This document shows positions 13,130 through 24,546 of a stretch of DNA of 64,000 bases, piece by piece (the first letter of the stretch is position 1; each line of letters begins with the position of its first letter). Source of the DNA: Magallana gigas (lineage: Eukaryota). The notes below the pieces were generated by a model, which saw only the letters and a program-made list of their open reading frames with translations, did not search any database and was not told the origin of the DNA. The stretch is from positions 12,090,001 through 12,154,000 of the forward strand of contig NC_088855.1 in assembly GCF_963853765.1 (NCBI RefSeq). The letters run 5' to 3'. Both the position numbers and the translations under genes were made by a program.

Positions 13130-15836
13130 TTAGAAATGTGGAGCTTTCTTCAGCTGCTGTTCAACGTAACCAAGTTGTTTTCTAGTCAGTGACATACCCT
13201 CTGTGTCCTGAAATTGTATTGCAGAATATATATGTCAGGCAAAAAATAAACATTTTTGTTCAATTCTATAACTTCAATAAATAGTATATTATTTATTTTG
13301 AAACAAGACATCACAGAGATGGTGATTATTTTGTAAAGTAAAATTAGGATGAAAGGGACAGGTATTGGACCATGCCTTGACCTTAACTTGACCTCAAAAT
13401 TAGTTCAAAAGTCACTGCAAATATTCTTCTCATGGGCATTTTTTGTCTTAGGTATAAACCAGATAAGATAATTGAAAAAATATGTGGTCAGGACAAGAAG
13501 TTTGCAACAAAATCAGCCAACCCCTTGACTCCAGGCTCAGAAACTTAAATTGTTCAAATTCACTGCCTATAAACCATAAATTCAAATAAGACCAAGTGGA
13601 GAGAATATAGGCTTCAAACACCCGGCCCAAATTTTGTAGAGTCCTGCAATGACATTGATCTCTGATCTTGAAACATGCACCTATTTACCTATAAACCGTA
13701 AATTCAAATAAGGCCAAGGGGAGAGAATAAAGGCTTCAAACACCCGGCCCAAATTTTGTAGAGTCTTGCAATGATATTGATCTCTGATCTTGAAACATGT
13801 ATCTAGGTCATAGTACATACTCCACCATTTTCAATCATAGAGATCATAGAGATGTTCTGACTTCAAATCTTGGTTCAAAGTCAATGCACACCCTTAAAAA
13901 TTGTCAGTAATCTTTGACAATGTCATTTGATACAGAAAATTTGTTTGAGGTTGCTGCACACCCCTTTACATGAAGAAAATCTGTGGGTGAAGTTCAAGTA
14001 AAATAAAACAGGAGAAGAATGAACTCTGCACAAGAGGTATCAGACATCTCAACAATGGCATGAGGCATACTCCCTATAGTCCTCTGTGTCTCCGCAGAAA
14101 GAGTTGGTACATCGAAAGTTTGAGCCATGAGGGAGATAATAATCATAGTGATTACGTTTTCCTATCAAACTTTACTTAAAAAACTATTAAATATTTAATT
14201 CCTATGTGTACATGTATTATAATTATCTCTTTAATGAACAATTCATATACAATGTCTTAAGACTCATCCACCGGGTATCGCTTTAAGTCAGCCTAAAGTA
14301 GGCAAATGTATATTTTCAACTTCCATTTCATAAAAATGATAGACAATCCAGTTGTTACCTTTAGGAAATCTTCATAGTCTCCATAGCCCCCGAGATACCC
14401 ATTCAACTTGCAAGCTAGTGCAGAGGAGATGATTTCTTCATCTGATAGGTTCAAAGTGTCCAAAATATCCCTATGCTGTCTCAGAATGTATTTTTGGTGG
14501 TAACTGTTCAAAAGAAAATTTGGTGATATCAATGCGAGGAAGGTATATATTGTCTTTTTTAAATGACAAAAGATGCAAACTTTCTGTGCATGTTATAAAT
14601 TTTCCAAATGGCATCAATATTTTCTACAATGACATGAATTCAATACATGGATTAAAATAAATCACTGCTTTTTTGATATCACATGTAACTAATTCATTAA
14701 TGGGAAAGAAATGTCCTAGTATAAAAAAGGCTGATTGATACTGATATAGCATATATGTAATTGGAAAAGAGGAATGAGCATATAAATACATTGAAAACTT
14801 ATGCTGGACCGGGAATCGAACCCAGGACCCCTGCAACTCTAAGCAGGAGCTCTACCACTTAGCTATCCAGGCCAATATCCGCTGTCCATATAGCCCCAAC
14901 TACTATACATATATTATGTGTAAAACTGCACTTAATATTACATGAATGATCAAAGATTGACTCACTTTTCAGCATTGTAAAAAGGTCCTGCCTGGACAAT
15001 TTTGGTGACAATGGGGGATACATGGTTTTTCTGTTGTTCCTCTCGAGTCTGCTCAGCCAGCATTTTCTGTTTGGTACTGTGATAGAAGATGGCTGACATA
15101 TACTGAGTGCCACGCTGGGAACAAGGATTGTGACTTTTCCAGAACTTGTTTAACAGTTCCTCATAAGAAACAACACTTGGGTCAAATTCCAGGTCCACAG
15201 TTTCTGTATGATCCCCTCTAGAAATCACCAAATAAAGATCAATTATGCTTGGCAGAGACATATGTAACATAGTATATATATAGTATATATGCATCCCTGA
15301 TGCTTGGTCACCTTAAACCAAATTATTTAAATCTCAAAATTTTCATTACTTAGATTTTTTTTATTATTACAGGTGCTTCCTTGAGGTGGACATTTAACAT
15401 TAAATAAATCAATGTAATGAATTTTACATTGTTCTGTTAATACATGTACTGTTAAATATGTAAATGACCTCTGACCCTGGTCCAATGCCCAACTGGAACT
15501 CCAGAGTGGTCAGTCCAGTCTCTACCACGTACCTGTTCACATCTACCTGTTCTTGTCTTGTCTTTGTACTATGTATCATGCATGTTCCATATACAACTTA
15601 AGGTAAGGATTATTGCCTTATTTATTACATGTACCATGTTTACAAAGTATCGGTTATACAATAACAATTATAGCTTACATGGTGCGATAAGTAGGATTCT
15701 GGGTGGTTCCCCCACTGAATCCCACTCTAGTTTTCAGAACACCACGGAGAGCTCCAAACTGGGACTCTGGGAACCAAAATCAGCTGAGGGCGAAAGTCGC
15801 TCTTGACAATCTGCCAATATCTGATCCTCCAGGCAT
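13130..15836 (-). CDS. MSRA: Selenocysteine-containing peptide methionine-S-sulfoxide reductase (Sec-MsrA), ~210 aa
   Basis: Exons 15836-15679, 15217-14966, 14503-14359, 13207-13130 (633 nt, GT-AG, phase-consistent). Protein: MPGGSDIGRLSRATFALS-U-FWFPESQFGALRGVLKTRVGFSGGTTQNPTYRTIGDHTETVDLEFDP...QYMSAIFYH...FYNAENYHQKY...KAPHF*. The in-frame TGA is codon 19, in the GCFW-equivalent motif. Confidence 0.93.
13301..14105. mobile_element. Helentron/HINE-like non-autonomous element with internal ~122-bp tandem repeat, in the last MsrA intron
   Basis: Starts AAACAAGA, has TGACCTT-type motifs and a two-copy repeat at 13566-13799 (period 122). Family assignment is by recalled resemblance to bivalve Helentron derivatives. 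Confidence 0.45.
14802..14873 (-). mobile_element. tRNA-derived SINE-like head in MsrA intron 2
   Basis: GGCCTGGATAGCTAAGTGGTAGAGC...GGTTCGATTCCCGG contains Pol III A and B boxes and a T arm, but has an 8-nt anticodon loop and only 5/7 acceptor pairs. Confidence 0.65.
15780..15782 (-). other. In-frame UGA, predicted selenocysteine codon (MsrA catalytic residue)
   Basis: Minus strand reads GCC CTC AGC TGA TTT TGG TTC CCA GAG. MsrA homology continues on both sides in the same frame (ATFA upstream; FW..E, TRVGFSGG and PTY downstream). Confidence 0.9.
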
Positions 15837-16087
15837 CTTTTTTTTTTCCCTTGGGACTGTACTATAAAGATTAAAACTTGATCAATGAAAATATATATTC
15901 TCACTCTCTATATATAATGTATAAGTATAAAAATGTACTTATATGCGCAAAGCTGTAATTCACGCATAAATCGTGTATTTTATAAAGATCTTACCAAATC
16001 AAAACTGACTCGAGCTCTATCTGCAATCCGACCGTGTTGTGTAATGTAAGATAAAGCGAAAGTACATTCGGAACAAAGTTTAGCTAT

Positions 16088-16095
16088 TCGGAAGT
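16088..16095. promoter_or_regulatory. ETS-like motif TCGGAAGT in the compact MsrA/GFOD bidirectional promoter
   Basis: Lies in the 421-bp gap between the two divergent start codons. Confidence 0.35.
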
Positions 16096-16257
16096 TTTAT
16101 CACTAGAACGTTTGTGTCTGACACGATTAACATTCTTAAATTCAAGAACATTAAAAACGTTGAGTTAAGAAAAACTTCCTTGAATATTATGGATTTTGGT
16201 GGCCTTTTTAATGTGTCTTTTCTACAAGATTTGATGGTCACTGCGTAAGCAGCAGAC

Positions 16258-17910
16258 ATGAGGAAAATGCTGCCAGGTTTTGGTGTCGTGGGAACTCCAA
16301 ATTCGGTCAGGGCGTATGTCCCACTTTTGAGATCATACGGTTTTAAAGTTGTAGCTCTTTGGGGCAGAACTAAAGAAGATGCTGCAAAAGTTGCAGCGGA
16401 ACTCAACATTCCTTTTCATTCCAGCAATGTTGATGAGGTAAACAATCTTTTTTATGGTATAGTATAATCAGATCAAGTTGCGCATATGCTTGAAATCACC
16501 AGATCACAGTAACCTTTTAGTTTCTGATTTTATTTTTTATCACTGCTGATCAGGGGTTTTCTTTAAACTTTATTGGTGAACCTTTTATTTACTACTGATC
16601 TAATAATAAGGAAAAAACATATTACAAGCAATAAATGCTTGAATAATACTTTGAAATGACCGTTTTTATTGGAGGGGGTATATGGACATAAAGAAACCCT
16701 ATTTTTGTCATTTAATACTTCTGTTTAGAGCTTAATGTGATTAACAGTGATCAACTTTGAATCATTTCAGGTCTTGCTAAACAAAGATGTTGATATTGTT
16801 GCAGTGACGTGTGCTCCACATATGCAAGCTCCCATTGCAGTCAAAGCCCTTGGTATGCAAATACATGTAATTCAGTTTCAGACAAGCATATATAATAGAT
16901 ACGCATCATATTTTAAATACAGACTTCCCATCAAAAATGTATTATGTCTATGATCTTTTAAGATTTATTTTTATTTTTTTATAGGTATAGGTAAACATGT
17001 TATCTGTGGTGCGCCAGCAGGGCCAAACCAAGTGGACTCCCTCCGCATGGTCAATGCAGCCAGATACTACCCACGACTGATGTCCCTGACAATCTACGGA
17101 CTGCGATTCCTGCCTGCTATTGACAAAATGAGGCAGCTGATTGTGGATGGCTATGTAGGAGACATAAGTATTTGTGAGGTCAAAGTTCACTTTGAAAAAA
17201 TTAAAAGAGATCAGTTTGATTGGATGTGTGATGGCACCATGGGAGGCGGTCTTTTGAATGAGATTGGCAGCGATATCATAGATGTGATTGGTTATCTAAC
17301 AGGACAGAAGGCAACAAAAGCACATGGCATGCTGAAAACATACACAAAGCAGACTGAGAAAATAAAAGGAATTCGAGAGATAACAAGTGATGATTTTTGT
17401 ACTTTCCAAATAGAACTTGACCAGGGGTCCTGTGTAACTGCAACAATCAATGGTCATATTGCAGGGCCATTTCAACAAGAGATAATGGTTATTGGGAATA
17501 AAGGCAGACTGACTGTCAAAGGAGCTGATCTGTATGGGCAAAAAAATGACCAATCAAAAGAAGAGTTGTTGCACTTTGACCCTATAAACTTTAAAGAGGA
17601 GGAGCGACATGGAGTGTCTGAAAAAACACGCACTTTTATTCCTACTCCCTACCTAAAGGGAATTATAAAGTTCATCGAAGCCGTAAAAGATGCATTTGAC
17701 AAAGAAGAAGAAAGACAGAGCTACTGCACCGACCCAGTAAGACCTGCAGCGTCATTCGAAGATGCTCTCTATGTGCAGTCTGTGGTTGAAGCCATCCGCA
17801 AGTCCAGTAAAACCAAACAGTGGATCAAGGTGGAAGTTTTACAGGAAGAGCCTGATCCCAACAACTTTATGTCGCCTTCTCTCCGACGTAGCGCTTACAC
17901 AGTTCAATGA
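16258..17910 (+). CDS. GFOD1: Glucose-fructose oxidoreductase domain-containing protein (GFOD1/2-like), ~395 aa
   Basis: Exons 16258-16437, 16771-16852, 16985-17910 (1188 nt, in phase). MLPGFGVVGT...GFKVVALWGRT...ALGIGKHVIC...AARYYPRLMS...GGGLLNEIGSDIID...SDDFCTFQIEL matches the GFOD (Gfo/Idh/MocA) family. GFOD1 vs GFOD2 orthology is not resolvable. Confidence 0.92.
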
Positions 17911-17998
17911 GCAACTTATGGAAACTACGCAAAATACTGAAAAATGTTTACACAGTTCAATGAGCAACTTATGGAAACTACGCAAAATACTGAAAAAT
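17895..17998 (+). repeat. 53-bp tandem duplication spanning the GFOD stop codon
   Basis: TTACACAGTTCAATGAGCAACTTATGGAAACTACGCAAAATACTGAAAAAT occurs identically at 17895 and 17948. Confidence 0.9.
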
Positions 17999-20900
17999 TA
18001 GCTCAGGTTTAAAAAGTAATTTTTTTAACAAGAGTTCAGATGTTAGCGTGATTTGTCTTTTTGTTCCATACTTATTACTGTCAAAATGGCTATAATTTCT
18101 CTCGTCTGACCAAAATGGAAGGAGGGATAGTTGATGCCCTCATCTTCCTTCACCCTGCATTCCATATGCATGTGTTTAAAAAGTATTTCTCCTCTTTTTA
18201 CCAATTTCTAATGGGGAAACAAACTTAAGGACTACATGATATTAAATTTCATTAGATTTGACCCATCATTGATTTTTATTTTAATAGAGTGTTTTTTCCA
18301 AAGCAGTATTTTGACTTTTTTGGTTTGTTTTGTTTGTATTAATTTACTGAACACTGGTCAATCATATTTACACACATTAACTGTATTACTGTTTTATTCC
18401 TCTTCACTGTTACAGTAGTCCATGTATGTTTAGTCTAGTCAAAATCTGTGATAATACATGTATCAATTGTGTTACTCGGTTTGTGTACTCATTATTGTAT
18501 AAGTCTTTATTTATTTACCGTCCCGGCCAACACAGAGCTTGATCACAACATAGCTACCAAAATAATCATGATGCCTGGCTATTCATATTTGTTTAATTTG
18601 TAAACTGTCTGAAATTGTAGCTTTGATTTTGAAGTCAAAGATAGTAGTTATATGTTAATCTGTGAATAGAACTGAACAAAAAATTTCTGTATTTTTTTAC
18701 ATTGATTGATATTTAGTAAATGGTTATTCACCAGTCTTTTTTATCCAAAACCTGGTAATTCAAGAAAAAGTAAAAATTCTAAACTTTTCAATCATCACAA
18801 TCGTAAAGTGTACTTTGTGGTTCTGACATGTAATTTGGGATATAAATCAAAAAACATGTAAAATCAGCTAAGAGTCAAATTAGGAATCCAAGGGGCTCTT
18901 ACAATTTTTACCTTTCCAAAAATTTTCAAAACTGATTTTTTCATTAGCTATTGTGATTTAAATATTCTAAAACGGTGAAAGTACCGGTATTTTGATTATC
19001 GGATTCTTTTAGCCACATTAATATTGACAGGTGTACCATACCACGGTTTGTACCACCTTAACTTGCACTTGAAAAACTGGTGACTCTTTGACACCGCTAA
19101 TGCATACAAACATGCACACACAGTGTTGGTGGGTTTTTTTCACGTTAGAGCAAAATAGATGTGGTTTTTAGAAAGTTTGTGCTCACACAAATTTGTGTGC
19201 ATGATATTTTTGATGTATTTATGTGTAATAATATACAGCTTTACCAAGCACTGCCAATAATCATATGTACCTCACCAAATGTAACAACTCAAAGTAGACC
19301 ATTTACAAGTGTATTGTCATGTTCCCTACAATATGATATTCTCCATGTTTCTCTCAAATCAGAATCATTAATTGACACCCATATATACCTTTACAATCTC
19401 TGTACATTCTTTTGACAAATGTGATATATCCATTTTTTTTGCCAAGGCAATACCGAAATTTTAATTGTTGTACATACAAATATGTCATTGAGACATTATC
19501 ATGAATAAATGGCTATTTTTTCTCTGCAGGATGCAATCTGTGTACATTGTACAATCATATCCTATTTAAAAATCTACTCAAATCAGAGGCAACAAGGATA
19601 ATTTAATGGCTTTGTAGATCTGAATTTTACTGCCGATAGTTTGTGAATGGCATATATTAAAAATATGCCATGTTTGTGTTTTCCGTTCTTTTTATTTCAC
19701 CGTTTTCAGCAGTTTGAATCTTAAAGTACCTGGATAAAAAAGTGTAATGCCTACAATATTATACAAAAGAATTTTATGTATGAACTTGGAATAATCTTAA
19801 CAATTACATATGGACAATTGATACTAAATTTACACCAATGACACAAAAAAATGCAGAACATCTTGAACTTCTCAAAATAGACACAAAAACCTCTGTCAGC
19901 TAACTTAGGAAACCCACAGTAGCTGCCATATTGAATTGTCAGTTAATTTTACTGAAATATATATATTGTAGGTTGCACAGCATGTATACACATACCAGCA
20001 TGTAAATATCATGTATCGTTCACATTATTTTAGATATTTTACAAAACTTTGCTATTTATTTATTCAAGATCTAAAATGTAGTTAATTGTATGATTAAAAT
20101 GAAGAAATATACACATTATATCTGTAAGTCTTATTCAACTTTACCAGTAGATCCAATCGAATATTTTGTTCAAATTAATATACATCCCAAAATTGTTGCA
20201 TTAAATTTAAATTTTTCAAATATGAGGAATTTTCAATTTTGTATAACTTTTAAAGGTTCAATATTTGTACATTTTAAGAATCTCTTTCCTGACACTGGAA
20301 TTGTTTCATTTACTTTGTAGCATAAATTTCTTGTTTCATAACTGTATCTCATAGTTTTATTCGGATTTCCTGTTTATGTTGTCAGGCCAGAAATGAAAAT
20401 AAATTAATTTATCTTCTTTGATGTTTTTTAATTTCCTCTTGATCCACTGGAGGAGCTATTATAGACTTGTGGTGCAGTAAATCTTAAATCGTAAACAGGT
20501 CATGAACTGGGACAAAGGTCACCATTCACTCTAATGACCTTTAGTAATCATTACCCATCTTTCCTCATCTTTTGTTAATGATATGTTATCAAACTATCTG
20601 GTCAGTGTATATGCGTTTGGACATACTGTGGTTTCATCAATATTTGTTGGCATCAATTTATGTTGATTTTTTCATATTTTATGGTAATCATAGTTCCTGA
20701 TCTTTATTACCATTTTGTACATGTATATTGCATTGTGGTTTAATCCAATATCATATAGTGTCATGATATATGATTATTGCATATGTCATGACATTGTATA
20801 ATACTTGAAATCGTATCTTATATGATATTGCATCATATGGTAAGATATTGTTTTTTGTTATACTTTCATGTTAAATACTGAAATCTGATTGGTTAAGACG

Positions 20901-21075
20901 CAGTTAATAATATTTTCTATTACCCTCAGCGTTAGCAACGCACTTAGCAATGGGTAACATTAAAAAATGTTACATGCACGAAAATTATGCGCGTACGGTT
21001 TGCTGTAGAATTTACGTTATTCCTATATAAAAGCAGTAAAATTTTCTTAAAAATTAAAACATTCAGTATAACAAA

Positions 21076-21205
21076 ATAAATAGTGCCTGTTTGGGAGGAT
21101 AACAGTTGAAATTGACACCCCTCGAAAACCATTGTCAACCGACGCGAAGCGGTTTTCTCGGGGTGTCAATTTCAACTGTTACCCTCCCAAACAGGCACTA
21201 TTTAT
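21076..21205. repeat. Long internal palindrome (~45-bp arms) of a non-autonomous element inside a degenerate AT-rich pentamer tract
   Basis: ATAAATAGTGCCTGTTTGGGAGGATAACAGTTGAAATTGACACCC (21076-21120) is the reverse complement of 21161-21205 with one mismatch. The centre contains CGACGCGAAGCGG. Confidence 0.85.
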
Positions 21206-21619
21206 ATAATATGATACAATAATGTATTATAAGACATGATAAAATACTGTACCATGTTATATGATACAATATTGTACCATGTAATATGATATTGTATCAT
21301 ATGGTATTGTGTTAAATGATATTGTATTACATCAAACAATATTTTATCATACAATTTAAATCCTATCATGTGATACAATTTCATATAAAAATATCACCTC
21401 ATATAATACAATATTATATCATGATTTTATATAATATCATATTAAATATTTAATAATAACATGATACAATATCATATAATACAATGCAATATTATACAAT
21501 GCTGAAGTATCGTATTGTACAATACAATATCATTTTAAACAATATTATTAATCATATGATTCAATACCATAGGAATATTAATAGGAATTGTTATATCAAA
21601 AATCACATCTACATGTATC

Positions 21620-23000
21620 AAGCAAGTTTGAGTGAGGTAGGACATTTTTTCTTAGCATCCTTGATAATGGAGATTAGGCTCAGTATCTGAAGCTAGCCTT
21701 GTGTTTCAAAACCAAATTAAAGTTACATGAACCATGAATGAAAGTTGGTCAGGACAGCATTTTTACCAATATTCAAACCTGCATTTACCTCTCTAGCATC
21801 TGAAACCTATGGCTTAGATTCAGCTTCCCATCATATGTGATGCATCAATATCACAAGATGCTTAATTCATAATCCAAATTTTGTAAAAATTTATCTAATA
21901 ATAATTAACATTTTTTATCTAATTATTTATTATCATTTATTTCAACTTTGAGCATTTAAAGCTCATCAGTATTGAACACAAGTATAAACATATGCGAGGC
22001 ACGCAAAATGAAATACCACCTGCTCTAAAAACTGTAACCAGCTCCAAAACCCTTAATCTCATTCAGCATCCAAAATCTATGGCTCTGATTCAGCATTCAA
22101 GCTGTCAGGTGCATAAGTGATTCATAAGATGCATCATCCATGCAAGTTGAAGTAAGGACCAGTAGGCAGATATAGTCATCAAAGGGAACCAGTGCTCCAA
22201 AAACCTTTACCTCCTCCAGCATTCGAAACCTATGGCTCAGATTCAGCATTCAAGCCTGTCAAGAACACACCATCCATGTAAGTTTGGTGAAGATAATACT
22301 AAGCAAGATATACATGAAGTCATCAAAGGGCAAACTTTAACCAGCTCCAAAAACCTTAACCTCCTCAAGCATCCGACACCTATGGCTTAGATTCAAGCCT
22401 GTCAAGTGCATAAAACCATTTTATTAATAACAAGACCTTAAACTTTTGGAAGGATTAACTATCTTTTTCTTGCATCAAAACAAGTTACAATGATGTTAAT
22501 TTCGAGTAAAATATGCAGAGATTGGTAGTCTTAGCTCAGAAGCCAGACAAATCTTGTTGATTTCAAAGAGCCATAGCTGAGTGGCCAGCAATGGAATAGA
22601 CAAGCCTACATCGCATTGCTATTTGACACAACTACACAAAGTCCAAGCTTTTGTTAAAATGAATCTAAGTATCATATGCACCATCCGTTTAAGTTTATTT
22701 AAGATAGGACGAGCAGTAACTAAGATATGGCTATCAAAGGGCACCTGCTTTAAAAACTTTAACCAGCTCCAAAAAACTGAACCTCCTCCAGCATCTGAAA
22801 TTCAGGCCATAGATTCAGCATCCAAGTCTTTTAAATCCATAAGTAACTCCTACAGATGCACCATCCATGCAAGTTTGGTGAAGGTGGGATAAGTAATAAC
22901 TTAGATTCAGACCTGCTCCAAAAACTTTAACCTGGTCCGAACACTGATGCTGTGGTCATAGCATAAGCTTTCCCGACTTTGTCTTGGTGAGCTAAAATCT
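21620..23000. mobile_element. Helentron-like element with a diverged ~150-bp internal tandem array
   Basis: About five diverged units containing (AA)CCAGCTCCAAAA..CCTTAACCTCCT.CAGCAT..GAAACCTATGGC..AGATTCAGC and CATCCATG.AAGTT, ending ...GGTGAGCTAAAA. Confidence 0.55.
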
Positions 23001-24546
23001 AATGAAAATTGTGTCAATTTCATGGATCGACTCCTCCATAAAGTATCTAAAATTTAGTGTTCAATGCAACAATGAGGAAACCACCAATGAATATTTCATT
23101 TTGTGGAATCATAATATGAGTTTTAACACATAAATGTATACATTACTAACACAGAGCGGTACTTTAGTACAGTTTATTAACTTAGCTGTGCACTCAATAC
23201 ATATAGAACTTGTACCAGAAACATTCGATCTATATTACAATGTTATCATCTACAGAACAAGATGTACAAAATCAATGACCCAGCTACTCTTAATTTTTAA
23301 AATAAACATGAAACGGAAGCAATGATACATCAACAACCAGTGCAAAGGTCAAAGTGTTAATTTACCAAAAAAATAGTAATTGCCAAAGTACAACCTATAA
23401 TTTTTTAAACAATTTTATATTACCTTGAAAACATTGGCCTATTTGACAAATATGACTTATGAAATTATATCAACTTAAAAAGAGAAAGTAAAACATAGTA
23501 ATTAATATTTTTCTTTCCAATGAGATGTTGTTGTAAATTTGGTTTCTAATATTTACATATTTAGTTTTTTGAAGAATTTGAAAGAAAGTTTACCTAAAGA
23601 AATTTTCAGCATTTACTTCTTACTTTTGGGGTTTAGTATCTTTAAAAAATAGTTTTAGTAAAATTTTATCTTTATCTACAATTATTATTACAGAAACAGA
23701 ATACAACACAAAATAACAACAAAATTAACATGAGAACTGGTACCAAAGAACATGTACATATTTCTTGCAGATATTTTTCATTCATAGCTTACTTTGCACC
23801 AATATCTTGCACCTGTTGTAGCACTGGATTAAGGACATTTGTTACAGCCAACTGGACAAATAATCATGACAAAAATACTTTCAGTTAGAAACTCTCTATA
23901 GGATGCTAAACACAAAGTAGGATCATGCAAGCATTTTAAATTTCTTAAACAGCCCATTAACGTAAGCTTGGAACATATATTTAAATTATCATTCAAATAA
24001 AAAAAATTATCATCCATGAAGCACGACAAGTCTCTATCATAAGCGGCACCTTGCTAAATTTGGGTTTCTGATAATCTATAACACACATGAGTAAAATTAA
24101 GGAATTGGTTACTAGTTTTCTGTACAAGCGCTCCATATAACTATCTTGAGTCTAGAAAATTGAGTGGTGCATTGGTATGTGCAAACTCACATTGTAGCAC
24201 ATGTGTATTGACAAATTGGACACATTGTGAATTGAAGAAGGCATGTAAAACAGCCAACGACAGGAAACATTATATTATCTTATTCAATGACTAACAAAAT
24301 TATACACCTTTCCATAAATATAAAAGAAAATCATTCCAATTTTTTTCTCTTGCAAAAATTAATCAAAAGTTCTGCATTCATAGTTTTTCAACAACAAAAA
24401 AAAGGTGGACAATAGAAACAATCTAATACAAGCAGGAATACCAAGAAAACTGGTATCAAAGGCTGTATGGATACACAAAGTCACTCTTGCAATTGGTACA
24501 TTTACACTTGATTGGGATTTTTTCTTACTTTTACTATCTACATTTT

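Noticed and set aside
14802-14873. tRNA-like sequence inside the selenoprotein gene as tRNA-Sec or a functional tRNA
   Set aside because: The anticodon loop is 8 nt (TTAGAGTT) with no TCA, the acceptor pairs at only 5/7, and there is no long variable arm. It fits a SINE head.
14962-15294. ORF-track start MHIYYIY... as the MsrA N-terminus
   Set aside because: Sequence above 15217 is intronic (acceptor TTTCTAG); the true N-terminus comes from the UGA-containing exon.
17908-17910. GFOD terminal TGA as a Sec or readthrough codon
   Set aside because: It follows a complete GFOD domain, has no redox motif, and the downstream frame comes from a tandem duplication.
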